Assembly: GCA_904063045.1 (NCBI GenBank)
Contig: CAJFCJ010000018.1
Span: 930,429-994,428, forward strand
Origin: Dimorphilus gyrociliatus
Lineage: Eukaryota; Animalia; Annelida
Direction: 5' to 3'
Length of the DNA stretch: 64,000 nt
Made by a program: the position numbers and the translations under genes. Under the pieces are notes generated by a model that was not told the DNA's origin, made no database searches, and was given only the letters and a program-made list of their open reading frames with translations. Positions 38,310 through 51,747 of this stretch are shown here, in pieces (position 1 is the first letter of the stretch; every line of letters begins with the position of its first letter).

Positions 38310-39180
38310 ATGGGAAATTCGATCAAACCGCAAATAGAAAATGCACAGAAAACGGGAACATGTAATCTATCAAACAAAAAATTAACAGAGGTACATATTT
38401 TCATATTTTTTAGGAATGAATTACATTTTCGAACGGTTCTAAAATACGACTATTGCATTTTGCTTTATCTTTTTCTTCTAGTTTCCAGATCCATTAAATA
38501 CTCTATCCAATCATCTACGAACACTCGATATATCAGATAACTCTATTGCAATTTTGCCAACAAGTATTGGAAGATTTGTTATACTAAAATCATTATCCCT
38601 AGCAAACAACAGGCTTAATCAACTGCCAAATGAACTTGGTAATTTAAAAAAAATGGAATCTTTGAATTTAAGCTTCAACAGACTAACAATGGTACCTCGA
38701 ACGTTCAGCAATCTTAACTCTTTAAAGAAGTTACAAATAAACAACAATCATCTGACATCTTTTCCAGTAGAAATTTGTAGTCTAAAGCATTTAGATTCAG
38801 TTGACTTAAGCTTTAATAAAATCTCTGCATTACCGGACGAATTAGGTAGTCTGAGTGCTCTTGAATTAAACATGAATAGTAATCGACTAGCAAAATTGAG
38901 TAATAGTCTAGCCCAATGTCAAAGGTTAAAAGTACTTCGCTTGGAAGAGAATTGTCTATCGTTGGAAGCATTCAGCCCATCAGTGCTAAAGGAATCTAAA
39001 ATATCATTGCTTCAGATAGAAGGCAATACATTTACTGAAAAACAATTTCGAGAATTGGATGGTTATGAACAAGTAAGAATTAAAATGAATAGCATCCCTT
39101 CTCCTACTTAAACGTTGCTCATGTTCTTTTTTTTTCAGTATATGGAACGATTTACGGCTACAAAAAAGAAAATTTCCTAA
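38310..39180 (+). CDS. LRRC57: Leucine-rich repeat-containing protein 57
   Basis: MGNSIKPQIENAQKTGTCNLSNKKLTE-FP, followed by an LRR array, then LRLEENCLSLEAF...[30 protein letters not shown]. Confidence 0.93.
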
Positions 39181-39532
39181 AAATGCTTAAGATGCCTATT
39201 ATCCTATTTTAACTATAACCATAATAATGACAAATATATATTGTATATTTCTATTTATTAATTAATATTGAAATATATTTTAATAGTTGTCAGTATTTTT
39301 AATAAACTAAAAAATATACATAATAAAAATTGATAGATAGTATACATAAACAGTATATTATCTATTATGAATTATTAAAAAGACGCTTTATTTTGCTTAA
39401 AATCTCGAGGTCTTAGTGTTCTGAATATTTTATATTGAGTAATTTCAAATTTTATTGTAAATAGATAACTTATATTTTTACAAAGGTAAACTTTGGTATG
39501 CGCGTTAAGTTAAAGCACATTCTATCCTTATC

Positions 39533-42153
39533 ATGGCGCCCTCTACAGAGAAAAAAGCCGATGAAGGTAAAATATCATAGAATAAAAGTTATACTAAGTT
39601 TGATTATCCTACCAATACTTTTAATTTATTTTACTATAATAAGAGTACATTTTTTTCAAATAAATTCAGGTGTTTATAATATTAGATTGTGTATTTAAGT
39701 TAATTTTTCGTGCGGTTCTTTTTTCAGACGATTCTAAGAAAGAAACTAAATCTGAAGATTTAAGAGGTGAGCTATTTACATAACGTTATTACGGCTAAAT
39801 AACATAAAGAATAAATTATAAGATCCAGAAGAAGTTCGTCGTACTGCTCTTGCTGCTATTGGTATAGGTTTCGTCTGCATTATTATTGGCTTACCACTAT
39901 GGTGGAAATTAACCGAAGTTTATCGAGCTTCACTACCCTATGGTGATATCACAAAGTTACACTCGTCTGAGGTAAAGTTCATATCTTTTAAAGACCTTCA
40001 AAAGAATTTTATTAAATTATTATGATACTCTTTCCACCATAATCAGTCTACTAGCATTTCAATTAGAGCTAGAATAACCGTAGAAAATATTGCAGATATC
40101 CGCAAGAGTTAACATCAAAATAATTGATTTTGGCATAAGCGATAATAAAGAATTGGAGGATGACTTTAATAAAGCTTTTAAATCATTTAATAATGAATAT
40201 TTAAAAATTTCATATTATGTTACACTATCAAAAGCAACTGACAAGCTCAAATCGAACTATAAAGCTTCAAAAGATTTACAAAGTAAGAACAAATTTGGAA
40301 TATTATTTGTAATTAATTAATTAGTCTTGTCTGTCATCAATAATAGAAGTCTAACACTCTTTTATATTTAGATTTTGAAGCACAAATAGATGACGACATC
40401 AAAGAAGATATACAAATTTACCTATTACCAGAAAATTCTCATCTGTTTGATAATTCTAAATTGGTTGTTGGTCTGAAGAATTTCATGTTTCACTTTGGCT
40501 CAGTAAATGATTTATCAAATATTGTTTATCTAGTTAAGGATGTATTCGTTGAAGAAGACAGAATTTTTGCTGGTTTAGTAAGGAATAAAGGGGAGGTTTC
40601 GCATAAAGTAATAATTTTTTATTAATAATATAATATTATAATATTATTTAAACAAAATTTTCTTTATCTTTTCATAATAGCACAAAAAAGAAACAGTAAT
40701 GAGTTTACAATCGGTTCCCTCCTACGAAGTGACATTTACATTGTTAAATCCTCAACCGGATGAATTTGATGTTTCTTGGGATATACCAGACGCAATTAAA
40801 AGTAACTCTTTCCAAATTTAGCTAACCTTTATAAATCAATTGACATTTTGTGTTAACTTTTAGATTATTTGCAAGATTTTCTCACAGTATTCGAAAAGTA
40901 TAATATCCCATTTGATGTAAAATCACAGGTAAAATTCTCTTTATGTCTTTCCCTTCATACACCAAATCGTAACAGGACGTTAGTATAATTGTAATTATTA
41001 TCTTTTTAGTATATGTATCATACTTCATTAAACATTAACCCAAAACGAAATAACGATGGTTACTCTTTGTCTTACTCTGATATTCAACTGCTAATTAATC
41101 CAATAGATACGAAATTAAGTGAGTAATTTTTTACTTATATTTTCTTAGAATTGTAAATCCTACTATTTTCTACTCATTTTCAGGTTCACATTTGTCAAAA
41201 TGGCCAAATTTGAATTTGGTCTTGTACGTTACACCTAAACGACATATTCCGTTATCAATTCAAAGAGAAGATGAGACAGAAGCTGAATCATTTATTAACG
41301 CTCGATGGGGAGGAGTTACTATTTTTAATTCTAACTTTTCAAAGGATGCAAAATTACCAATCAAAGTGGAAGTTGATGCTCCACAAACAATGTTAACTTT
41401 TATTAAACATCTGAGAATCCTACTAGACTTTGAAGATGCTGAACAGAAATATATCGATGGAATTAAATTTTTACAAAATGATGGATTGAGCATGACAAAA
41501 TGGGTATAAGAACTTTCATTGGCCTAATTTTTTTTTCTATATATTTTCATTTTAATATAGGAAATAAATAGATGGATAAGGCGTAAAACAATTGAAAATA
41601 TTGGCAACGTCGGTGCAACTTTAAACTCCCTAACTGAGCTGGTAAATAAAATTCGTAATATGATTATTAACGATGATATTGGTAAAGAAGTCGAGAAAGC
41701 TTTGCAATATGCACAAGAAGCAAAAAGAGCCTTGGAAAAGGATGATATCAAAACAGCCTTTCCGTTTTCTAGAAAAGCTTTTCTTGCGGCTGGTTAGTAA
41801 ATCTTTTACTGTATAGAGAGAATAGCATTTGTTTTTGTAACTCTCATTTTTTCTTTATAATTCTCTACTTTAAATTTAAAATTGTTTATCTTTCAGATAC
41901 TGCTTTTTTCGATCAATCTTTATTAGAATTACTTTACTTTCCTGAAGATCAGAAGTAAGTTAATCTAATAATATTTTTTCTTATACCTATGTTTTTTATG
42001 TTATACTTTTATATAAGGTTCGCTATTTATATTCCACTATTCTTACCTATTGGATTTCCTGTTATAATGGCAAGTTTTCAAGCTTTAAAATACTTTAAAG
42101 AAAAATTGAAAGAAAGCAAGGAAACTAATAAGAAGAAGGTGAAGAGCGAATGA
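39533..42153 (+). CDS. PIGS: GPI transamidase component PIG-S
   Basis: GLPLWWKLTEVYRASLPY, YEVTFTLLNPQP, NLNLVLYV, ARWGGVTIFN and [30 protein letters not shown]. Ends in a KxKxx ER-retrieval tail (KVKSE*). Confidence 0.93.
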
Positions 42154-42475
42154 AAGAATTTTTTTAAAACACCTATTTAACTTATTGTTTTTGTTACTTT
42201 ACTTGTAAAGATAGTAATGATAATAGTAATAATAAAAGAGATCACAAAGTCTTTCAAGTATTAACAAAGTTATATTAATATAATAATAAATATATCTGTT
42301 TTATGTACAATGTATGTATGTAAATATCTATCAATATATATATATATATATTTTTGTATGTATAAGCAACTGATATAACAATTAAATAAGATACTATTCT
42401 TCATGAAACAAAAATGCAAAGAATTTCATTATATATGGACTGAGCATTCCATTTATAGCTGATTTTTCTTCTATA

Positions 42476-45092
42476 TTAGCAATTTCCTTTTAATTTAACA
42501 TCAAACCTATTTTTAGATGGAGATTAAGAATTAATATCCTGACATAATCTTAAGGGAATTAATTGATTTCACTTACTCAAGGATTTCTTTCGGAACAAAG
42601 ATATAATCCGTTGAAATATTTTCTTTTAAGTTCTTTAAATTCCTAATATATTTCACCTTGTTTCGGAAATTCGAACTGTATCCATAAATATTGTATTATT
42701 ATCTATTATTTAAGGAAATAAGAGCAAAAAGTATACCTACCTATAAAATGGTTTTGCCATAATAAACAAAGTTTTCAGCCACATCGTTGGATGAACAATT
42801 AGTAATCGTTTTAAATTCTTTTTTAGCTTCTTATCAATCATATCACAACATTTTTTTAGCCAGATAAGAGAAGGCAATTTATTTTTTGGTGATGCTCCAT
42901 GAAAGAAAACGATTACATAATCGTCCATAACCAAAAGTTCTAGTGTAGATATCACGTACAAGAATAAGTTATCCATAATATAGTCATAATCCTTAAGCTT
43001 TTTATCTGGTAGATAACAAGTACAAAATACAATAATCGCTTTAAAACCTTCTTCATAATATCCTGTATTAAAATTATTGATTATTGAGCTATATTTAAAA
43101 TTATTAGCAATGTTGATCATTACCCCCATGAGAGATTACTTTCTTATAAGGTTCAATGACTCTGACATCGATCTCGTACTCTTGTTCTGCTATGCAAACA
43201 ATTTGCCAATTGTTGTTCGTAAATTTTTCATCTAGCTCATCAATCGTAGATGTTGTTTCAATGGTATTATCGTCATCGAAATCGAAGGAAAATTCAAAAT
43301 CTGGTAAGATCTTTCTCTTAGGTAGATCACTATTCGTTTGGGAGTTGATATCTTTAAGGGAAATCATAGTTAGATATTATGTATGACAATATTGATATCT
43401 AAATAAGAATTTTTTTCACCACTTACTTGGGGAGTTAGACGCAAGATCTCCATTTTCATTCGTCTTGTTCTACAAAGGAATTTTTTAATACTGTCAATAG
43501 GCAATGTTTTCTCTACATGATAGACGTATTTATGGTTATACAGGCTTATTTAGGACAAATAATATGTCTTGTTTCATTAAAAAAGAAAATAGAAATAATA
43601 TTAAAAGAAGAGAAAATGACCAGAGAAGAAGGTAAATAATTAACCTGATTAACAGATATAACATTTTTATATAACGTATCAAAATTCTCATCATCTTCCA
43701 ATTCATCTGAGCTATTTATATCAAAATCTGATAGATTTAAACTTTCAGTTCTAGACAATTTCTCATTCTTATGTTTTTCAGCGGCTATACTATCTATGCC
43801 ACTATCAGCTGAGCAAGTTTCCTTTATAATATCCATAGCTAATCTCTAAACTTTTAATATCGTATAAACGCTATAAATAAAAATTGTATTTATAGTATCT
43901 TCAATCTCATCTCAAAAGAGCTAAGAGGTAAATGAAGGTAGATTGAAACACAGAAACGTGACAAATCTTCCTTCAATTCGTGATAATACTGGTAGTGAGT
44001 AAGAATTTATACAATGTGAAATATTTCATTTCAGCAACTCGAAGCAGGGGAGAACGTAAGGGGGGCCAAAATGTGTTAAATTTATAATAAAAGGGGGGAG
44101 GTGAGCCAGGCTTATGACAGGTAGCGGGTGGGGGCGAGACAAGGTTTTTGGTGGGAAACTAGGTATAAGATTTAGCTGAATTTGTTGTTTAAGTTGTAAC
44201 GCAAATAAGGCCTATAAACAGATTTTACATAGACGGAAATCCGGAAGTTTTTTTCACATATTTTATTTAAAAAAATAATAATTCAAGAAAAGAATATACT
44301 AATTGTAATATCTTATCTTAATCTCGTGTCAAAATTCGACAAGATAGATAGATAGATAGAGAGTGAGAGATAGAGAGAGAGAGAATAAGATGATGAAAAT
44401 ATAATATATGATTACTTGACAGCTTCTTAAGTAAATAAATATAAAATATATATAAGATATATATTTGTGCATATAATATGTTAAAGGAATTAGGGTTGTT
44501 TTGTATAGCTTACCAAATTCTTTTTAAATTGAATTGGTCCGTCTAAAGCTTTTGTGAAACTAGTACTCTCAACATCCATGTCATTTAAGCTTGAAGTAAC
44601 AATATCCATATTACCACCTAGAATGTCGAAGTTAGGTAAATATTGTATTTCAACTGGGCATTCTGTTTCATCATAGAATATTTCGTTCAGTAATTCATCT
44701 GTCAAAGGTGGTTCATAACTGATGAGAGCCTCGTTAATTATCTGTTTAGCCAAACAATAATCTACAGCCTCATGAGGAATTTTGTAATCAAAAGAAGTTG
44801 AGTGAGATCTGATAACGTTTGCTAGTGTAAAATTCTGAATATCGTGTAAATGGGAATCACTTTTCCTCCCACGAAGATTTGACGCTTCGACTATATTAGA
44901 ATTTTCTAAAATAGTCATATTTTCTCTCATAAATGACTTTATCTTAGGAACATTTTCAAAACTATCTTTTCTCCTTCCTTGAAAATTTGACAAACAATTG
45001 GCAGTTTGATTACTTCCGTTGCCTTGATAATTGTCAAAAGTATTAGCTTCCCTTAAACTTATGTTATCCGAACTCTTAATTTCCGTATCCAT
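42476..45092 (-). CDS. BNIP2/caytaxin-like BCH (CRAL-TRIO) domain protein with acidic N-terminal region; 3' end approximate
   Basis: [35 protein letters not shown]...YIMDNLFLYVISTLELLVMDDYVIVFFHGA...LKKNLKRLLIVHPTMWLKT matches the BNIP2/ATCAY BCH domain. The ATG at 45092 is preceded by an in-frame TGA. Confidence 0.85.
44342..44385. repeat. Compound (GATA)n(GA)n microsatellite
   Basis: Seen directly in a BCH gene intron. Confidence 0.85.
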
Positions 45093-45239
45093 TAAAATTA
45101 ATCAAATAAATATATATATTTTTTTTCCTTTCTGTAATTTATAACAATAAATAATATATCTGAAGAGAGGAATAAAAAAAACATTGATTAAAAATGTATA
45201 AACAATAACTGAAAATAGACCTACTTACCTGTGAAAAAC

Positions 45240-48200
45240 TTAATCTTGAAAAAAAGACAAGCTTTTAAGGAAAAGTGGTAGAATAACCTTTCTAGACGCC
45301 TTCACATTACGCTGTATGAAAGCAGAGGTAAAACGTTGTGACGCTGCAGGCAAGTCAAGTCTATCTAAGTCCAAAGACGGTTCTCGACAATTCGTTAATA
45401 TTTTCACTGCCTGGAAGTGAAAAAATGAATAACTTTTAACATATGAAAACTACAAAACATTCTCTTCGTTTCTCTAAATATCAACGAGCAAAAATCAATA
45501 TTTGTGTAACGTTATACTTTTATTTCTAGATAGTGAACTTTTAAAAGGAAACAATAAAAAGAAATAATAAGAGATACTAGAGACAAGGGGGAGGAAACGT
45601 GTAGCCCAGCAGGTATTGCATTAACGGTTGTCACGAAACCTTGAAGCCGGACATGTGTTGTATTGTCATTAAAATAATCTAATTCTCTGAAGTTTCTGCA
45701 TTCAATGACAAACAGAGTAAAAATAATTCGTCGAGAGACAATACAAATAGAATCATCAAAGCACATTGTTAAAAAGGTAGGAGAAGATAAAATAAAATAA
45801 ATGAACAAGAGCCAGAGAGGGAGTAAAAGAATTGGAGATGTGGCGAAGGGGAGAGAGAGGAGAGAGAGAGAGAAAATATGCACTATTTATTAAACTAACT
45901 TCAAAAGCAAATTCCCCTTTTACACAACACTATATCACGACTACTCCCCCTCTCTCTTTCATGTTTTTATCATTTTCTCTGACGTTTTTGTCATTTATTT
46001 TATTTGAGCACAATAGGCCTAGCTAAAACTAGACTACATAAATTCATTACGGTTCATCTTTAAATAAATAATTTATATCACATTTCCTTCCTGATTTATG
46101 AATTAGCAAGGAGGAGGAGAGAGCGTAAAGAATATTATGGTTAAATACCCTATACTTATCAAAGTTTAATCTTTGTTCTTCCTATTTACTTTAAAGGACG
46201 CATCTATTTTTATATAAATATATAATAAATGTATATTATATTGTAAATTGCCGTAGAAATGGCTTACAAAATACAAAAAATTTATTTGGCTTTATTAGTC
46301 AATGTAGCGAATAAAATTCTCTTTTAGGTCGATTGAGTAATTTGAACTAAATACAGAGACAGAGAGAGAGAGAGAAAGAAACAAAAAAACAAGTGAATAA
46401 TTAACAAAATAGAGTAGAAAGTTAAGGTTTTTTCTAAAAGTTCTTGTATAAACGATAAATACTACGCTGTAGGCATTTTCCACTTGTTATCACAAGAATA
46501 ATTATAGAATATGAAGAAATACGACTATTAAAAAAATCAATACATATATATAATATAGTTGTATATAACAAATCGAATCTTTCTTTAGACCAGTCGTTTG
46601 AAAATAGTAGTCAGTTTATCAAACTAACAAATAAATAGAACAGAATTTCTTTACAATTAAAGCGTAATAATTGACTATTTTCATAGAAAAAAAGGAGATA
46701 GGGGTTGCAAAATAATAGTACAGTCTACTGTAATTGACTAATTTAGTCATGTTATTCCTAATATATAAGTTGTTCTATATAATAGAGAATATTTTAGAGA
46801 TTATAATAGATATTATTAAATACTTTTTTATATGAATTGCGTTAAAGTCAAATAGTATTGAATATAATGAACGTCACTTACAAATTATGAATTTATGTCC
46901 ATAAATCAGATTGGAGAAAATGTAAAGAACTTTTCATGTTAATTGCACGAAGTTTACTAAACACTACAGTTCTTCGAATCTTAATAATACCCTCGTGAAT
47001 AAACTCGAACAATAGGTGGCGCTATATTTCTATTACGAACCTCCTCTTTTATCTTGTTATTTTCTGAATAAACTGCAATTTCACGTTTTGTGGTATTATC
47101 CTCAGTAACGAACAATACCATAATAACGACAAGGTTTAACGAAAATAGCTTAGAAAATTCTCTCAATTCTCCAAAGACGTTGTCCTTATTAAAGAATGTC
47201 TAAAAACAGAGACAGAACATAAATTAAGCATAACATAATTATTCTATTTATTAATTAGTACAACAATTGTTATTAAAACATCTATATAATGGGAATAAAT
47301 TAACTTACAAGTAGCGGAAGCGGTATTGAACTAATTCCAATTTTAATATTTGCATCGTTGATAATCTTCACATCTTTCCTTAAGATTTCCACAAGTGTAA
47401 GACCTTGAAGAGAGAGAGAGAGAGAGAGAATATAACAAAGATTTATTATAATTAATTAATTAATTAATTTTTACTTGAAACATCAGTTTTCGCTTTAAAG
47501 TACTCATTAAAAATTTCAGTATGGTCTATGTTTGGTAGATATTTTCTTTCCAATTGATTTAATATGATTTTATCTTTTTCTGTTACTATATCAGCTTCTT
47601 TGGATAGATTTATAGTATCCAGAATGATTGTAGCTACGTAAACATTCAAGATGTAAAAATCGATTAATTTCATTTTTAAATAATTAATTTACTGTATAGC
47701 ATTTCGGCCAAATGTTTGTCAATTGTAATACTTGAGTTTAAAATTAGCTCAGCTATCAAAGTACTACAAGAGCCAACTTTTTCTATTTTAGTTTTAACTC
47801 TGTAAATGAAAGTATAATTACTATAAATTAAAGACAAAAGTGTAATTAACCTTTCATCATCAACCCATTGCTTTCGATGATGATCAACAATGTAGGTAAT
47901 GCACGGTTTGAGAGGTATTTCGTCTTCGGATAATGTATTTCTATCAACAAGGACAACCTCAAGCTTTCCTTTTTCTTTATAATCAATTAAATTAATATCA
48001 TCTTTGAAATGGAGGAAAGATGAACTTATTCCGTATTTATCAAAGAGGTGTTTAACTTCCGTTTTCAAAGGATAGTCCTCTTTATTGATATTCAATACTG
48101 GTATTGTTTTTGCATTATCTGTCTCACTTGTCTGAATTAAAAGTATCTCTTATGAAAAGATGATTATTTCTAAAAAAAAAAACACTTGAAACTAAAAGAA

Positions 48201-48421
48201 ACCTTATGCAAATAGTATCCAAAAGAGACAGCGGAAGCAGCTGAATCTAAGTCACAGGCACTGTTTCCTATAACTGCTCTCAAGATATTGTTTCCTCTTA
48301 TGTTCGCCTGTAAACAAGAAAAATTTGCAATATTTTATAAGCTTTGTGTTTACTTTTAGCATTCGTATTTACTGACAATAGCTGTTTTACACCATTCTAA
48401 ATATTTTGCTATTTCTCCCAT
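45240..48421 (-). CDS. prune: Prune-family DHH/DHHA2 exopolyphosphatase-like protein
   Basis: MGEIAKYLEWCKTAI-ANIRGNNILRAVIGNSACDLDS, VGSCSTLIAE, IILDTINL, ILRKDVK, KREIAVYS, and last coding exon 45410-45240 QRNVKASRKVILPL. The DHH motif reads DRN. Confidence 0.88.
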
Positions 48422-49157
48422 AATGTTTCTTCTATTCAATGGTGATTGGAGTTAATTAAAAGGTGTTGAAATGTCACAGGCTGATAGTGTGATATAGGAG
48501 ACCAGCGAATTAGAAGAAGAGGATATTATGTGCTCTGTAAATTTTTACACTTTCTATAATAACGAAAACCCTTCGTCTCTCAGATTAAACTAAATGCTTT
48601 ATCGCTTTTTAAAGCAGACGACACCGCCATATTATAAAGAGAAATTCCAACTCTAAATCCTAGTTGTCTGTCGTCGGGAAACTAATTAAAAAGTGACATT
48701 TGAAGTAGAAAGAATAGTTAATATATTGTGTCATTTTAATATAAGAAACACATGTTTAAAGTACTAGTTAGTAGCAAACTATTACTTTAAACTAAAAAAG
48801 AAATTATGAATATATAAATGATGTTATTTATACTTTCAGGTTTTATTTTATGACTTTATATCCAAAAATATTAATTAATATACTAATTTTATCAGATATA
48901 TTTTTTATATTTATATTTTCTTTGGTACTTCACATCTTATTCAATAATATCAACTGTAAAAATGATCTTTTTCGAAACTTAGGCCTATGCGGCAATAATA
49001 TCAATATTATTTTATTATTAAGATAAAATATTTAATTTATTTTAATTTTTCCGTGTGATTATTTATTAAAAAAAGCAAAAGTTTTATGTGTTTTTACGAG
49101 AATCCAGCGGGAAAAATAACGCCACCTACAGTTAGTTAAATTTCAAAGTGTGGCAAT

Positions 49158-49863
49158 ATGAGCGGGCAAGAAAGATGTTATCCATTGAGTAAACATGTAA
49201 TTTAATTTAACATTTTTATGCTTGCCTTTCAATAGCTATTAATATGTTTTTATAATTGATTACTATGCTATTGTATATCACGTTAAAATCAGTTAAAATT
49301 TTTGTTAAAAAATGAACGATAATACAGATCTTGGTTGAAATTACTAATGGTACAGTCGATATTTCATGGATTGAATTTGATGACAGAATTCTCATAAACA
49401 TAACTCAATTTGGTAAATTTGGAACATTAGTGAGTATCTTTTACTATGGCTTACTCAGCACAAAAAATTATTATTCCATATGAAATCGTTATCTACTATT
49501 AGTACTATCCAAATATTTATAAATAATACTAATCAATTCATTTATGTGTCTTAAAGATCCATTCTTGCAAGGACGTTAATCCTGAAGCCTCAAGATATAG
49601 TCTTCAAACAAGTGATCCTGTTAGCTTCACTAACAAGGTCCTTTTTGGTATCGAAAAGGTAATATTATAAAACACAAACATCAATCAATTATTATATTCA
49701 AATTTACTTATAGCCTGAAATGTTGATGCTGACGAGATCTTTAACGGCGAAATTAGACAGAAATAAACCATTGTTATATTCCTTGTCTCTTAAAGACTTT
49801 TCCATAGAAACTTTAAAAATTATAGAGAACTCTATTGTAGATTTAGGTTCCAATTTAGCTTAA
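49158..49863 (+). CDS. PSMG3: Proteasome assembly chaperone 3
   Basis: MSGQERCYPLSKH-ILVEITNGTVDISWIEFDDRILINITQFGKFGTL...FTNKVLFGIEK-PEMLMLTRSL...LSLKDFSIETLK is collinear with PAC3 (VVTQFGKMGTL, TTKVLLG.DEP). Confidence 0.85.
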
Positions 49864-50490
49864 GGTTAAAATGTTAATATTAAAAATAAAATTTAAAACT
49901 GCTGATTAAATTTTACTTAGAGTTATATCTCAGTTTTGCACTGATAAAGATAACTCAACTCCTGTAGGAGTGTAAGTTATCTGGTAAATCAGAAAGTTTC
50001 GAGAGTAAATCCACTATTAAATACCAATCCAAACTGTATAGTGGTGTATATGTCATTGATGATAAACATAAGATTCGGAAAACTTAACGAAGATTCTTCC
50101 AAAAACCATTCTAAAAGTAGAAGAATCTTTTGGTAGAATAAGTCCGAAAGATTATAATTTAAAAGTTCCAGCTGAATCAACTTTAATGTTTCCTTAAAAA
50201 CTTCAAGAACAGCGTCGTTCTAGAACGGAACATTTCAGAATAATTTTTCCTTTGAGTTTGCACGCACTTTTCATGCTGATAGTAAAGAAATTATATGTTA
50301 TATATAGTTTACAATTTCTCTCGCTACATTTTTAAATCTATTTTATCTTTTTTTCATTGCGGAGTATATAATTTATAAAACACGGTATTTAGCGTTACTC
50401 GTCTCTGGAAACTGGTGAACTTTTGAATGTTTTACAATTAAACAACGTGCTTTTTCGGTGTCGATTTGTTAAGCTTGGATCCTTATAATT

Positions 50491-51433
50491 ATGGTATTTA
50501 TTTATTATTCAATAGCACTGATTAAAATATAATAATTTATCCTTAAAACAGCTACGCAGACAAACCCGCCTCCGACGGGAGTTTATATATAGAAAGTCTA
50601 TAGAAGACAGGGAGAGAACTATTCGAGACAAAAAGCAAAAGCTAAAGTCAGCTGTTGACAACAATAAGATGATAGATGGTACACTAAGGAAACAGGCAAT
50701 TGAACTAGATAATGCTACAGCATGGGATGATGAAGGAGGTGAAGGAACAACCTCGACTCAGGATGACGAATATAGATGGGCGGGAGTTTCTGATCCCAAA
50801 CTAGTTCTGACGACAGCTAGAGATCCTTCTGTCAGATTAAAACAATTTGCTAAGGAAATGCGATTGATATTCCCTAATTGCAAGAGGATAAATAGAGGAA
50901 ATTATGATTTAAAGCAATTAATACATGCCTGCCGAGCAAATGAAGTTTCAGATTTAGTCATCTTATCTGAACATCGTGGAGTTCCTGACGGAATAATTAT
51001 AAGCCATTTACCTTATGGTCCAACCGCTTATTTCACTCTCCTACATACAGTTATGAGGCATGATGTTCCAGAAGCTCAAAATTCTAAAGTATCAGAAGCT
51101 TTCCCTCATCTCATATTTCAAAATTTAACGTCAAATCTCGGTAAACGTGTTACCAATATATTAAAATATCTGTTCCCTGTTCCAAAATCTGACTCAAGGA
51201 GAATAATAACTTTTTACAATAATGACGACACTATATCCTTCCGCCATCATACTTATAAAAAAGAGGGTCCGAGTAATGAACTAACAGAGGTTGGGCCTAG
51301 ATTTGAAATGAAATTATTCAAAATTATCCAAGGTACATTAGAAAATGCTGACAGTGCTGACGTCGAATGGGCTCACAGACCGTTTATGAGAACGGCAAGA
51401 AAGAGAAAATTTCTATCAGAAGAGGATGATTAG
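50491..51433 (+). CDS. IMP4: U3 snoRNP protein IMP4 (Brix domain)
   Basis: ATG|intron|LRRQTRLRREFIYRKS, then DPKLVLTTARDPSVRLKQFAKE, EHRGVPDG, ELTEVGPRFEMK and EWAHRPFMRTARKRKFL. Confidence 0.96.
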
Positions 51434-51747
51434 ATAGACTTCCGTTCAACATTTGAACTATAGTGCATCTATACATAGTTAAAAAGATATTTTAGATAAT
51501 ACTTGAACTTTAAAAATACAAATAACAAAGTATTTATAAAAGAATATGCAAAATGTTTACTTGTTAATATGTTCGAAAGTAAATTAGACCATTTTTAATA
51601 ATCATCAAAGGTTTAGAATTAAAGTTATATTAAAGACTTGTTTTTAGTTTAATTCTTTTCCGATTTGGGTCATGAAGAGCAAAGAATATCGTATCAGAAA
51701 TAGTTAACGCCTACTACTTTAGTTTGAACTCATTAGTTGTTAATGAG

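Noticed and set aside
45540-45720. GC-richer patch in the Prune intron as a cassette exon or snoRNA
   Set aside because: It gives an early stop in the Prune phase, its donors are weak, and no C/D or H/ACA architecture is evident.
49989-50216. Stop-free minus-strand frame of about 75 codons between PSMG3 and IMP4
   Set aside because: No compatible upstream start exon found and no recognisable motif.
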